DNA of 64,000 bases, taken from positions 37,954 to 101,953 of the forward strand of contig JAYZQJ010000155.1 of assembly GCA_036149055.1 (NCBI GenBank), given 5' to 3'. The notes under the pieces are model-generated. The model had not been told where the DNA came from. It was given only the letters and a program-made list of their open reading frames with translations, and did no database searches. Below are positions 9,750 to 18,924 of the stretch, one piece after another. Numbering within the stretch: position 1 is the stretch's first letter; the number at the start of each line of letters is the position of its first letter. The DNA comes from Myxococcota bacterium. Lineage in GTDB: Bacteria; Myxococcota_A; Polyangia; Polyangiales; Sandaracinaceae. The translations under genes were made by a program, and so were the position numbers.

Positions 9750-11785
9750 GCCAGTACGCGTACGACCTGGCGACGAGCCAGACGTTCTGGCAGAGCCGAG
9801 ACGCGCTGGACCACCCGCAGCGGGTCGCGCTGGCGGACGCGATGGACAAGGTGCAGAGGGGCCTGCCCTCGGCGCGCGTCCACAAGCTGGACCCGATGCC
9901 GTTCGTCTCGTTCGGCGTGAACCGGGACGCGCTGCGGGTGATCTGTCAGCGCGAGGAGCGGACGCTGCTGCTGCTCTGGGTCGCGGCGCACGACGCGGCC
10001 TACGAGTGGGCGCGGCGGCACCGCGTGCGGCAGGTCGGCTCCTTCGTGCGCATCGTGCGCACGCGCCTCGAGGAGGTCGACGCCGAGGTGGTCGAGCCGA
10101 TGGTCGAGGGGCCGCTGTCGGCGGTCGACGACGCGGACTTCGCGCGCTTCGAGGTGGAGCCGCCCACCACCGACCTGCTGCGCGGCATCGAGAGCGAGGA
10201 CGCGCTGCTCGATCTCGTGTCGCACTTCCCCCCGCCGCGCGGGAACGCCCTCCTGAGCCTGGCCACCGACCCCGACGGGGTGGCCCGCGCGGAGCGCGAG
10301 TACCGGGCCGCGATGGACGCCGAGGCCGAGGCGCCCACCCTCGCCGCGGCGCTGCGCGACGACGTGAACTCGGCCGACTTCTGGATCCCCGACCCGCACG
10401 ATCAGGCGACGCTGCGCGCCCTGCGGGACGGCTTCGCGGCGTGGCGCGTGTTCCTGCACCCGACGCAGAGACAGGTGGTGCGGGTGGACGCGAAGGGCGC
10501 GGTGAAGGTCACCGGCGGCCCCGGGACCGGCAAGACGGTGGTCGCGCTGCACCGCGCGCGTCACGTGGCCGAGTCCCTGCCGGACGACGCGAAGGTGCTG
10601 GTGACCACCTTCAGCGCCGCGCTGACCGGCCAGCTTCGTGAGCAGCTCGATCAGCTCTGCGGCGACGGCCCGACGCGCGGACGGCTCACCGCGCGGAGCC
10701 TGGTGGCGGTGGCGCGCGACGTCCTGGCTTCGGCCGGGCGCCCCAACGCGCTGGTCACCGACGTCACCGAGGCGTGGAGACGCGCGCTCGCCCACGACGC
10801 GGCGGGACGAGGCCGCGCCTTCTACGAGTCGGAGCGCGAGCACGTCGTCGCGGCCGCCGACGTCTGGGACGAGGCGCGCTACCTCCGCGTGCGCCGGACC
10901 GGGCGAGGGACTCCCCTCGACCGCCGCGAGCGCCGCGAGATCTGGAAGGTCCTCGAGGCGTTCGAGAGCGCGCTCCGCGAAGAAGGGGGCGACGCGATCG
11001 CGCTGGCGCGAGACGCGGCGATGGCGATCCGAGAGGGTGAGACCACGTCGCCCTACGCCGCCGTCGTGTGCGACGAGGTGCAGGACGTGGGCGCGAGCGA
11101 GCTGCGCTTCCTGGTCGCGCTCGCGTCCGACCCCGAGACGGGCGAGCTCCGCCGCAACGGGCTGACGCTCTGCGGCGACGGCTACCAGCGGATCTATCGC
11201 GTGCCGGTCACGCTGCGCGCCTGCGGCATCGACGTGCGCGGGCGTGCGTCGCGCGTGCTCCGTCTCAACTACCGGACGACCGAGGCGATCCGCCGGGCGG
11301 CGGTGGCGACGGTGACGGGGCTCGACGCCGGCGAGCTGGAGGACGAGGGCGTCGATCCGCTCCGGGGCTACCGATCCTTGCGCCGCGGCGAGCCGCCGGT
11401 GGAGAAGCGCTTCGACAGCCCCGAGGCCGAGGCCGACTGGCTCGCGTCGATCGCGGATGGCGATCCGATGCTGGTGCTGGCGAGGACCCGGACGTGGCTG
11501 AAGCGCCTCCGCGACCTCCTGCGCGCGCGGGGACACGAGCCTCGGCTCCTCGAGTCCGGCCGCCCCGACCCCGCCGAGCCCCTGGTGCTCTGCAGCCTGC
11601 ACCGCGCCAAGGGCCTCGAGGCGCCCCGGGTCGTCATCGCCGGTCGCCAGCTCGTTCCCGCGCGCTATCCCGGCGGCGGCGACCCCGAGGACCGCGCGCT
11701 CTGGGACCGCAAGGAGCGGTGCCTCCTGTACGTCGGCCTCACCCGGGCCCGGGACTGGTGCGCGGTCTCCACGGTCGGGGCCTGA
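9746..11785 (+). CDS. UvrD-like SF1 helicase with N-terminal RelE/ParE-like domain
   Basis: GTG start overlaps addA stop (GTGA); N-terminal 'VHKLD...LRVI...LLLLWVAAHDAAYEWA'; WRVFLHPTQ, GGPGTGKT, CDEVQD, GDGYQRIY, NYRTT, HRAKGLE, LLYVGLTRARD. Confidence 0.85.
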   Translation: MSQYAYDLATSQTFWQSRDALDHPQRVALADAMDKVQRGLPSARVHKLDPMPFVSFGVNRDALRVICQREERTLLLLWVAAHDAAYEWARRHRVRQVGSFVRIVRTRLEEVDAEVVEPMVEGPLSAVDDADFARFEVEPPTTDLLRGIESEDALLDLVSHFPPPRGNALLSLATDPDGVARAEREYRAAMDAEAEAPTLAAALRDDVNSADFWIPDPHDQATLRALRDGFAAWRVFLHPTQRQVVRVDAKGAVKVTGGPGTGKTVVALHRARHVAESLPDDAKVLVTTFSAALTGQLREQLDQLCGDGPTRGRLTARSLVAVARDVLASAGRPNALVTDVTEAWRRALAHDAAGRGRAFYESEREHVVAAADVWDEARYLRVRRTGRGTPLDRRERREIWKVLEAFESALREEGGDAIALARDAAMAIREGETTSPYAAVVCDEVQDVGASELRFLVALASDPETGELRRNGLTLCGDGYQRIYRVPVTLRACGIDVRGRASRVLRLNYRTTEAIRRAAVATVTGLDAGELEDEGVDPLRGYRSLRRGEPPVEKRFDSPEAEADWLASIADGDPMLVLARTRTWLKRLRDLLRARGHEPRLLESGRPDPAEPLVLCSLHRAKGLEAPRVVIAGRQLVPARYPGGGDPEDRALWDRKERCLLYVGLTRARDWCAVSTVGA

Positions 11786-12782
11786 TCGCGCGGTCACCTC
11801 GGTCGGCTGTGGCTCGACCGGGCCTCGGCGGCGGGGGCTCGATGCGAACGCGGTAGTGCCCCTCGGCGACGAGGGAGGCGTCGCGGCCGAGCCATGACGG
11901 AGGCACCCGGAAGGCGAGCGCGAGCGCCTCGCCGGGCTCGATGCGGGTGTAGCGCTGGTCGTCGCGGCAATGCGCCGCGCTCGGGCAGCGGACGGGGCGG
12001 ACGCGCTGGCCTCCAAGCTCGAGATAGACGTCGTCGAGGTAGGTCACCTCGTTCTTCCGCTCTTCGATCCGGATCCGCAGGGTGCGCTCGCCGACGGGCA
12101 CGGTCAGGGACTCGCGGGCCTCGCGCTCGGGCCCGCGGAGGTGCCGCAGGATCTCGCCCCGCTCGATCCAGCCCTCCCCCGCGCGCACGACCACGTAGGG
12201 GCACGCGGCGAAGCCTCCCGCCCAGACGGCGACGATCTCTCCGTCGGGGCGCAGGTCGAAGTAGAGCTCCCACGACCAGTCGCCGCGGTCCCCCGAGCCG
12301 ACGGAGGCGACGGTGGCGCCGGGGGCTCGGCGGCTCGGGCGCTCGATCCAGGAGGCGTCGGGATCGACGACGCGCGGCCCGTGGCGGCGCGTCAGCAGGG
12401 GACAGACGTGCTCAGTGAGCTCCGCTGCCGTGCCCGAGAAGCGAGCTGGCGGGGTCGGCTCGGCCGACGCACACGCCGCCGCCGCGTCGTCGAACCATCG
12501 CTCGATCACGCGCGCCTGCACCGCGGAGAGCGCGGGCGGGGGCTCGACGGTCCCCGCATCGGAGAGCGCCGGAGGGCGCCGAGCCGCGGCTGCCTCGAGC
12601 GGGGCTGCCTCGAGCCGGGCCGCCGGGAGCCCGGCCGCCGCCGGTCGCGACCGGATCGGGGTCGGGGGCGCGTCACGAGGAGCGGGCGCTTCCGCACGAG
12701 GTCGCGGGCCTCCCCGGAGCGCGGCGACCAGGGCGAGCGACGCGGCGGAGCCCACGAGCAGGAGGCGGTAGCGGACGCGCAT
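11739..12782 (-). CDS. Hypothetical exported/membrane-anchored protein; C-terminal domain resembles ASPIC/UnbV-associated 'CP.(V/L)' domain
   Basis: Signal-like N-terminus MRVRYRLLLVGSAASLALVAAL; 'ACPYVVV...LRIRIEERKNEVTYLDDVYL'. Confidence 0.55.
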   Translation of the reverse strand: MRVRYRLLLVGSAASLALVAALRGGPRPRAEAPAPRDAPPTPIRSRPAAAGLPAARLEAAPLEAAAARRPPALSDAGTVEPPPALSAVQARVIERWFDDAAAACASAEPTPPARFSGTAAELTEHVCPLLTRRHGPRVVDPDASWIERPSRRAPGATVASVGSGDRGDWSWELYFDLRPDGEIVAVWAGGFAACPYVVVRAGEGWIERGEILRHLRGPEREARESLTVPVGERTLRIRIEERKNEVTYLDDVYLELGGQRVRPVRCPSAAHCRDDQRYTRIEPGEALALAFRVPPSWLGRDASLVAEGHYRVRIEPPPPRPGRATADRGDRAIRPRPWRPRTSPGPG

Positions 12783-12989
12783 GCGCGGGTGGTCTGCAAC
12801 CGCGGTGCCGCAGCCTCTTCGCCGGGCCGGTGAGGCGGTGGGCGCGCCGAGCGAGGCAGCCGGGACACGCCGGCGTGTCGCGCGGGGAGTCTCGGCGGGC
12901 TCCGACTCCACTGCGCGATCCCGTTCGCCGACGCCCTCGCGCGCTTCGAATGACAACCCGTGCTCCCCAGCGTAGAGTCGCACGGTGCG

Positions 12990-13586
12990 ATGACACGACC
13001 GCTCCACGCCAGTCTGACGTTGCTGCTCCTGGCGTGCGGCGCACCGCACCCGGAGCGCGCCGCGGCGTCGGCGAGAGCGGCGCCCCCGTCGACGCCAGTT
13101 CCTCCGGCCCCGCGTCGGGAGACCGCGGCGGAGCCGGCGCGAGCGGTCGCCTTCACTCCGTCCGGCGCTCCCCGGTCGCCGTTCCAGGCGCGCCGCCGAG
13201 AACCGACTCCCGGCCGCGTGGCGGAGGGCGTGCGCCGCGCGATCCGGACGCGCACGGCGGAGCTCTTCGCCTGCTACCGCGACGCGCCCTGCGGCCCTCA
13301 CGGCGCCCAGCCGAGCCGGGTGATCCTCGCGCTCGCGGTCGGCACCGACGGGGAGGTCGGCGCGCCACGCGCGCTCTCCGTGACGCACTACCGGTGGGAC
13401 GGCGAGACCCTCGAGCCGCTCGCCGGCGACCCGACCGAGCCCCTCGCCCGGTGCCTCGAGCGGGCCCTGGCGGGGCTCCGCACGGAGGTGCCGCCCGCCG
13501 CCCCGACCGAGGTCCGCTACCCGGTCGCCCCCGACGTGACGAGCTGCGAGGGCCGGGCCATACCCCGTGAACATGCCGACCGATGA
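12990..13586 (+). CDS. Lipoprotein with AgmX/PglI (TonB-C-like) C-terminal domain
   Basis: Lipobox LLLAC; 'AELFACY...RVILALAVGTDGEV...LARCLERAL...EVRYP'. Confidence 0.6.
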   Translation: MTRPLHASLTLLLLACGAPHPERAAASARAAPPSTPVPPAPRRETAAEPARAVAFTPSGAPRSPFQARRREPTPGRVAEGVRRAIRTRTAELFACYRDAPCGPHGAQPSRVILALAVGTDGEVGAPRALSVTHYRWDGETLEPLAGDPTEPLARCLERALAGLRTEVPPAAPTEVRYPVAPDVTSCEGRAIPREHADR

Positions 13587-14070
13587 CGACTCGCTGGCTG
13601 AGTTTCCGGGCGGTCGCCCCATCTCACGCGCTCACGCGCGTGGGAGCCGCGGCAGTACCTCGCCGCACCTCCCGTCCGTGGTGCGACCGAGCGCGCTGCC
13701 GACCCGGGAGATGACGGCGCTCTCGAGCGGTGAGCTGCTCGGGCGGGTGGCGATGTTGGCGGGGGCGCTGCAGCACCTCCGGGTGCACTACGAGCGGCTC
13801 GACCCGGGGCGCCGGAGCAGCCGGCCGCACCATCACACCGCTCGAGAGGAGTGCGTGTACGTCGTCGCGGGGGAGGTGGAGCTGATGCTCGGCGAGACCT
13901 CGCGCAGCATGGAGGCCGGGGACTTCGTCGCGCTCCCGGCCGGGCCCCCGGCGCACACGCTCCGAAACGTCGGCGACGGCGAGGCGGAGCTGCTCGTGTT
14001 CAGCGCGTCGCCGGGCCCCGACGAGGTGGTCTACGCGGAGGACTCTCGCGTGGCACCCTCCACCGGGTGA
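13567..14070 (+). CDS. Cupin domain protein (start uncertain, possibly 13711)
   Basis: 'SSRPHHHTAREECVYVVAGE' and 'AGDFVALPAGPPAHTLRN' cupin motifs. Confidence 0.8.
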   Translation: MNMPTDDDSLAEFPGGRPISRAHARGSRGSTSPHLPSVVRPSALPTREMTALSSGELLGRVAMLAGALQHLRVHYERLDPGRRSSRPHHHTAREECVYVVAGEVELMLGETSRSMEAGDFVALPAGPPAHTLRNVGDGEAELLVFSASPGPDEVVYAEDSRVAPSTG

Positions 14071-14855
14071 GCGACGACTACGAGGCGAAGCTGCTGCGGG
14101 CGGTGATGATCCGCCGGCTGGTGATGGGCGTCGGCGCGCTGACCTTCGCGGCGGCGAGCGCCATGTTCTCCTGCTTCGCGGTCTACCTGCTGTTCACCGG
14201 CGCCTTCCGGGGGGCGCGCGCGCCGCTGCGCCTGATCATCATCGGCTTCGTGCTCGCCTGTCTCTTCGGCATCGCGGGCGTGGTCACGCTGCGGCGCGGG
14301 GAGATCGATCTCGACAGCGGGAAGATCCACGAAGGCGCGCCGGTGCCGGTGAAGCTGGTGGCGGGGGCGACGGCGCTCGTGAGCCTGGGGATCGCGCTGA
14401 TCGCGGCGTGGCCGCTCGGCGTCTACGGCTGGCTGGGCGGGCGCTTCTCGAAGTGCCGCGAGCTAGTGACGGTGGACGAGCTGAGCGCGCTCGCCGGTCG
14501 CCCCCTCGAGGCCGGAGATCTGAGCGAGGCCGACTCGGACCTGGAGGTCTGCACGCTGCGGATCATGGCCGAGGGAGACCCGCTCCCGGTGGCGGCCATC
14601 AGCGTGCACGAGGATCACTTCCGCGGGGGCTACGACTTCAACCGTCGGCGGCTCTCGCAGGAGGAGCCGGTCGAGGGCCTCGGCACGGAGGCCCTGCGAG
14701 GCCGGGGCGGCGGTTATCACCACGTCGGCTTCATGGTGGAGCCGTCGGGGGCCTGGGTCCAGCTCGCGGAGGAGACCTTCGACGAGGCCGACGTGCGCGC
14801 GGTGATCGAGCGGCTCCGCGAGCGCGCGTCGATGATCGAGCCCTACGAGCGCTGA
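14067..14855 (+). CDS. Hypothetical membrane protein (three TM helices plus C-terminal soluble domain)
   Basis: GTGA overlap with cupin stop; three hydrophobic helices; GC3-rich codons. Confidence 0.65.
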   Translation: MSDDYEAKLLRAVMIRRLVMGVGALTFAAASAMFSCFAVYLLFTGAFRGARAPLRLIIIGFVLACLFGIAGVVTLRRGEIDLDSGKIHEGAPVPVKLVAGATALVSLGIALIAAWPLGVYGWLGGRFSKCRELVTVDELSALAGRPLEAGDLSEADSDLEVCTLRIMAEGDPLPVAAISVHEDHFRGGYDFNRRRLSQEEPVEGLGTEALRGRGGGYHHVGFMVEPSGAWVQLAEETFDEADVRAVIERLRERASMIEPYER

Positions 14856-14920
14856 CGAAGCCGCGGCTCCCGGGCGCCCCGCGACTTGCGGTGTGGACCA
14901 CGCCGCGACAGGGTAGCGCG

Positions 14921-15658
14921 GTGTCGAGCTCCAGGGACCGGGGGGCGCTGATCGCGGAGTCGATCGCGTCGGAGGACGAGACGCTCGCGGCGGCTGGGCT
15001 GGAGGAGCTCCGGTCGGCGCCGCCGTCGGTATTGGACGGGGTCGCGCGGCGGCTCGAGGCGACGCTCGCGGCGGGCGGGCCCGAGGCCGCGCGGGCCTGT
15101 GCGCAGCTGGCTCGCGGGGGCGCGCGGCGCTTCGGCGGCGAGGCGTGGCAGCGGCTGATGCGGGCGCTGACCGAGGCGCAGGCGGCCGGGGTGCCGGGGG
15201 CGCAGACCGCGTTTCAGAGCGTGGTGATGCACGGGCCCGACCCCGAGCACGTGCGGAAGCTGCGGGAGGAGCGCGCGAGCCGGCCGGTCGGCCCCGTCCG
15301 GCAGCTGCTCTCGGTGGCGAGCCGGATCTGGGTGTGGGTGGCGCTCCCGATGGCGTGCGTGCTGCTGGGGGTGGCCGGCGCGGCGGTCGAGCCGACCGGG
15401 TACTCGCTCCTGCCGCTCGGGGTCGGCGTGCCGATCACGCTGGTATCGTTCGTGGCGCTCGACGCGTTCCTGCGGCGCTGCCCGCGCTGCCGCCTCTGGC
15501 TGGGCGGGCGCCTGCTGGCGCTCGTGAAGACCGGCACCTCGACCGAGAGCGTCCACGTGCAGACCGCGAGCGGCGGGACCGAGACGGTGCAGCGGAGCGT
15601 GAGCACGTTCCGCCGCGACTGGCGCTGCGTGCGCTGCGGTCACGCCTGGAGCACGTGA
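14921..15658 (+). CDS. Hypothetical membrane protein with C-terminal zinc ribbon
   Basis: Two TM helices followed by CPRC...CVRC; GTG start inferred. Confidence 0.6.
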   Translation: MSSSRDRGALIAESIASEDETLAAAGLEELRSAPPSVLDGVARRLEATLAAGGPEAARACAQLARGGARRFGGEAWQRLMRALTEAQAAGVPGAQTAFQSVVMHGPDPEHVRKLREERASRPVGPVRQLLSVASRIWVWVALPMACVLLGVAGAAVEPTGYSLLPLGVGVPITLVSFVALDAFLRRCPRCRLWLGGRLLALVKTGTSTESVHVQTASGGTETVQRSVSTFRRDWRCVRCGHAWST

Positions 15659-15659
15659 G

Positions 15660-17804
15660 TCAGCCGACGCCGGACTCGCCGAGGATGGCGTGCTCGAGGC
15701 GGCAGGCGCGGAAGGTCGCGCGGAAGGTCTGCGCGTCGTAGAGGTTCGCGCCGCGCAGATCGCACTCGGCGAGCTCCGCGCCCTCGAAGTAGCCCCGCAT
15801 CAGGTTCGCCTTCACGAAGGTCGCCCCGTGGGCCTTCGCCCTCGGCCAGCGGCAGCTCTTCGCCTCCACCTGGTTCAGGTTCGCGCGGTCGAAGACCGAG
15901 TCCTCGAAGACCGAGTCCTCGAAGGTGGCGCCGGAGAGATCGGCGTCGCTGAAGTCGCACTTCCGGAGGCTCGAGCCGGCGGCGGTGACGCGGGCCAGCG
16001 AGGCGCCGGAGAGCACGGCGCCGTCGACCCGCGCGCCGTCCATCACCGCGTCAGACGCGAGGAGGCGCGCGCCGGCGACGCCGTAGAGGCGCACGTCCGG
16101 CATCTGCGCGCCGGTGAGGTCGGCGTCCTCGAGCCGGGTGTCGGTGAAGTCGGCCGCGGCGAGGCGGGCGCCGCGCAGGCTCACGCGGCTCCAGTCCGCG
16201 CCGCTGACGCTCACGCCGTCGAGAGAGGCGCCGTCGAGCTGCGCGTCGGTGGCCCGCGTTCGATCGAGCGAGGCCTGGTCGAGCTTCGCGTCCGTCAACT
16301 TGGCGTTCGACAGCGAGGCACCCGCGAGGCTCGCGCCGCGCAGGTCCGCCCCCGACGCGTCGCAGCCGTCGAGCTTGGCGTCGGTCAGCACCGCGCCCGA
16401 GAGCGTGGCGCCAGCGAGCGACACGCCGCTGAGATCGGCCCCGATCAGGAGCGCGCCCGCGAGATCGCGCCCCGAGAGGTCCCGGCCCGTCAGGTCGCAG
16501 TGCGAGAGGTCCTCGTCGCCGAGGGAGCCGCCTCGGTCGAGGAGCGCGGCGAGCGCGGCGGGCGCCAGCGCCGGCGCGGGCGGAGGCGGCGCCTTCGGCT
16601 CGAGCGGCGGGGACGCGACGGTCGCGGCCCACGGGGGGAGGCCGAGGGCCCGCGCCTGATCGGTGGTGAGACCGCGGGGCGGGACGTAGCCCTCGGGCGG
16701 CTGCGGCGCGGGCTCCTCTTCCGGCTCGTCCTCCTCGGGCGTGCGCTCGTGCGCGGCCCGGTACGCCTCGGTGAAGCGGCGGTGGATCTCGGCCTCGCCG
16801 CACGGCTGCGCGCTCGGCTCGGCGAGCACGAAGAAGCTCGCGAGGTCGCTCCCGTACTGATCCTCGACCTCGATGGCGCCGCGCCAGACGAGGATCACCT
16901 GCAGCTGGTCGGCGTCGAACCAGACGGTGTCGAGCTGCATCGGCAGCTCCTTCAGCGCGTGCGACGACGCGAGCGGCTGCGCGAAGGCGCGCACGCGCAG
17001 CGACGGGAGCCGCCCCTCGAGGATCTCGTCGTCCGGGCGCACGCCGGCGAGCCGGTACCACTCGTCGCCCCGCGGGTGCGCGAACTGCAGCTCGGGGGGC
17101 GCGGCCTGGAAGAAGTCGTAGCGGAAGCTGTCCGGGAAGTAGGGCGCGCGGCTCGCCGCCCAGCCGCCGCCGTAGTCCCCCACGAAGCGCTGGCGCGACG
17201 GCCAGGTCTCGGGGATCGGGGTCGTCAGCGCGGGCGGAGGGCGGTCCTGGGGCGAGCGGAGCAGCCGGTCGAGGCGCTCGAAGCTCGGCAGGCGGCCGCC
17301 CTCCCCGGCGCGCCCGACCCCGAGCGGGTTGTTCGGATCGTCCGGCCCCCCGAAGGCGCGCTCGGGCCGCAGCGGGATCTTCTCGAAGGGCGCCGGCTCG
17401 CTCGGCGCGCCGCGCTGCCAGGTGCGCTCGCCGATCGCCGCGAAGGCGTGATGGAGGTCCCGGCCGAGGCGCATCTCCACCCGCTGCACGGGAGGGCCGG
17501 CCTTGCGCGAGCGGTAGGCGTGCCCGGTCAGGAAGACGTCGCAGCGCGGCTTGAAGAACGCCATGTCGCCCGGATAGACGAGCGCGTCCTCGGCGTCCTC
17601 GAAGGGCGTGGGGCCGAGCGGCAGGGCCTGCTCCTCGGCCGGGGTGGCCGGGCCTCCGGGCACCAGGTCGAAGGTGCCCTTCACCGTCAGGATCTGCGCG
17701 TCGCGAGGCGGGCGCAGCTGCCACGCCTGGGTGAAGGCGGGCAGAGGGATCGAGGTCAGGACCGGAACGGAGTCCGGCTCGCGCGGGGGGGTCGGCAGGG
17801 CCAT
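15660..17804 (-). CDS. DUF2169 T6SS adaptor fused to pentapeptide repeats
   Basis: 'TVKGTFDL', 'FKPRCDVFLTGHAY', 'ERAFGG', 'NPLGVG', 'FFQAAP', 'LDTVWFD...LVWRG'; C-terminal A(D/N)LxxA repeats. Confidence 0.9.
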   Translation of the reverse strand: MALPTPPREPDSVPVLTSIPLPAFTQAWQLRPPRDAQILTVKGTFDLVPGGPATPAEEQALPLGPTPFEDAEDALVYPGDMAFFKPRCDVFLTGHAYRSRKAGPPVQRVEMRLGRDLHHAFAAIGERTWQRGAPSEPAPFEKIPLRPERAFGGPDDPNNPLGVGRAGEGGRLPSFERLDRLLRSPQDRPPPALTTPIPETWPSRQRFVGDYGGGWAASRAPYFPDSFRYDFFQAAPPELQFAHPRGDEWYRLAGVRPDDEILEGRLPSLRVRAFAQPLASSHALKELPMQLDTVWFDADQLQVILVWRGAIEVEDQYGSDLASFFVLAEPSAQPCGEAEIHRRFTEAYRAAHERTPEEDEPEEEPAPQPPEGYVPPRGLTTDQARALGLPPWAATVASPPLEPKAPPPPAPALAPAALAALLDRGGSLGDEDLSHCDLTGRDLSGRDLAGALLIGADLSGVSLAGATLSGAVLTDAKLDGCDASGADLRGASLAGASLSNAKLTDAKLDQASLDRTRATDAQLDGASLDGVSVSGADWSRVSLRGARLAAADFTDTRLEDADLTGAQMPDVRLYGVAGARLLASDAVMDGARVDGAVLSGASLARVTAAGSSLRKCDFSDADLSGATFEDSVFEDSVFDRANLNQVEAKSCRWPRAKAHGATFVKANLMRGYFEGAELAECDLRGANLYDAQTFRATFRACRLEHAILGESGVG

Positions 17805-17811
17805 GGCGCGG

Positions 17812-18222
17812 TCAGACGTGCGAGAAGACCTGGGTCTGCGAGGGCGCCACGTGGACCCCGCCCGCCGGCAGGTTGCCGCCGTTGTGCTTGGTGGGCGTGA
17901 GGTGATGGACCACCTTCTTGCCCCCCGCGTAGACCTTGCTGCTGCCCTTCAGGAAGCCGGTCTCGTTGGCCAGCTTGGGCGCCTTGACCATGCCCTTGAG
18001 CGTGCCGGCCTCGTCGCCGTTGCTCGAGCCCGGCTCCGAATTCTCCACCACGACGTCCTTCTTGCAGACCTTCACCTTCTCGCAGGTCCCTTTGCTGTTC
18101 CGCACCTGGGACATGTTGGGGAACGGCGTCGGGATCGGGGGCGCGGGGGGCGCCGGCACCTTGCAGACGTCGGGGAAGCCGGCGCAGCTGCCGCCGCCTT
18201 TGGTCGCTACGGGGAAGTACAT
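17812..18222 (-). CDS. DUF4150 PAAR-like spike tip protein
   Basis: 'FPDVCKVPAPPAPPIPTPFPN', 'GDEAGT', 'GSSKVYAGG', 'HNGGN'. Confidence 0.9.
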   Translation of the reverse strand: MYFPVATKGGGSCAGFPDVCKVPAPPAPPIPTPFPNMSQVRNSKGTCEKVKVCKKDVVVENSEPGSSNGDEAGTLKGMVKAPKLANETGFLKGSSKVYAGGKKVVHHLTPTKHNGGNLPAGGVHVAPSQTQVFSHV

Positions 18223-18226
18223 GGGC

Positions 18227-18889
18227 TCACCCCAGAAGGACACGCTCGCCGTCGACGGCGGTGTCCTTCTCCGAGCGGATGGAGGTCCGGTGGGCGAAGA
18301 GGCTCATGCCTCCCCGCGCGATGCTGCGCAGCGTCCCCGCGCGCACCTGCAGGAGCGACTCCACGTCGCGGAAGACGTCCTTGGCGCGCTCGCGGATGCG
18401 GTTGGCGCGCAGGCTCCACCGATCGGCGGAGATGGCGACCTGGTCGGCCTCGGTCACGAGCTGGCGCACCCGCTGAGTGAGCGCGTCGGCCTCGATCTCG
18501 ATCTCCGGCGCCGCGAGCCGGAGCTTCTCCGGCGCGGACAGCGTCACGCCGTCCTTCGCGTCGTAGCGCGCGATCCAGCCGCCGTCGTCGCCGCGGAGCA
18601 CGATCTGGCCGTCCTCCACCGTGGCCCGCGCGCCGTCGACCTCGAGGACCCCGGGCGCGAGGCGCGCGACGAGCACGCCGGTCACGTAGACGCCGCCCTC
18701 GGACGCCGCGCAGAGCACGCGGTCGCCCTCGCTCGGAAGGTAGCCGTGCACGGCGTTGCGCGCGTCCACGAGGGCTCCGGCGAGGTCGGCGCGGTGGAGG
18801 CGAACGCGCCCCTCGGCGACCTCCGCGATCACCCCCTCGAAGAGGGCGGCGGCGCGCGCGCTGGCTTCACGGCTGGCTGTCGAGCTCAC
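18227..18889 (-). CDS. DUF3540 family T6SS-associated protein
   Basis: 'YLPSEGDRVLC...VYVTGVL', C-terminal 'DTAVDGERVLLG'; typical position upstream of DUF4150. Confidence 0.8.
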   Translation of the reverse strand: MSSTASREASARAAALFEGVIAEVAEGRVRLHRADLAGALVDARNAVHGYLPSEGDRVLCAASEGGVYVTGVLVARLAPGVLEVDGARATVEDGQIVLRGDDGGWIARYDAKDGVTLSAPEKLRLAAPEIEIEADALTQRVRQLVTEADQVAISADRWSLRANRIRERAKDVFRDVESLLQVRAGTLRSIARGGMSLFAHRTSIRSEKDTAVDGERVLLG

Positions 18890-18924
18890 TGTGTCTCCTC
18901 CCGTCGGTCGTCATCCCACCGCGC

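Noticed and set aside
3385..12016. Very long minus-strand and alternate-frame ORFs (963, 1687, 899 aa; first 1018 codons of the 1697-aa ORF)
   Set aside because: Shadow frames of high-GC genes: Arg/Pro/Ala-rich with no motifs, while the overlapping frames carry clear helicase motifs
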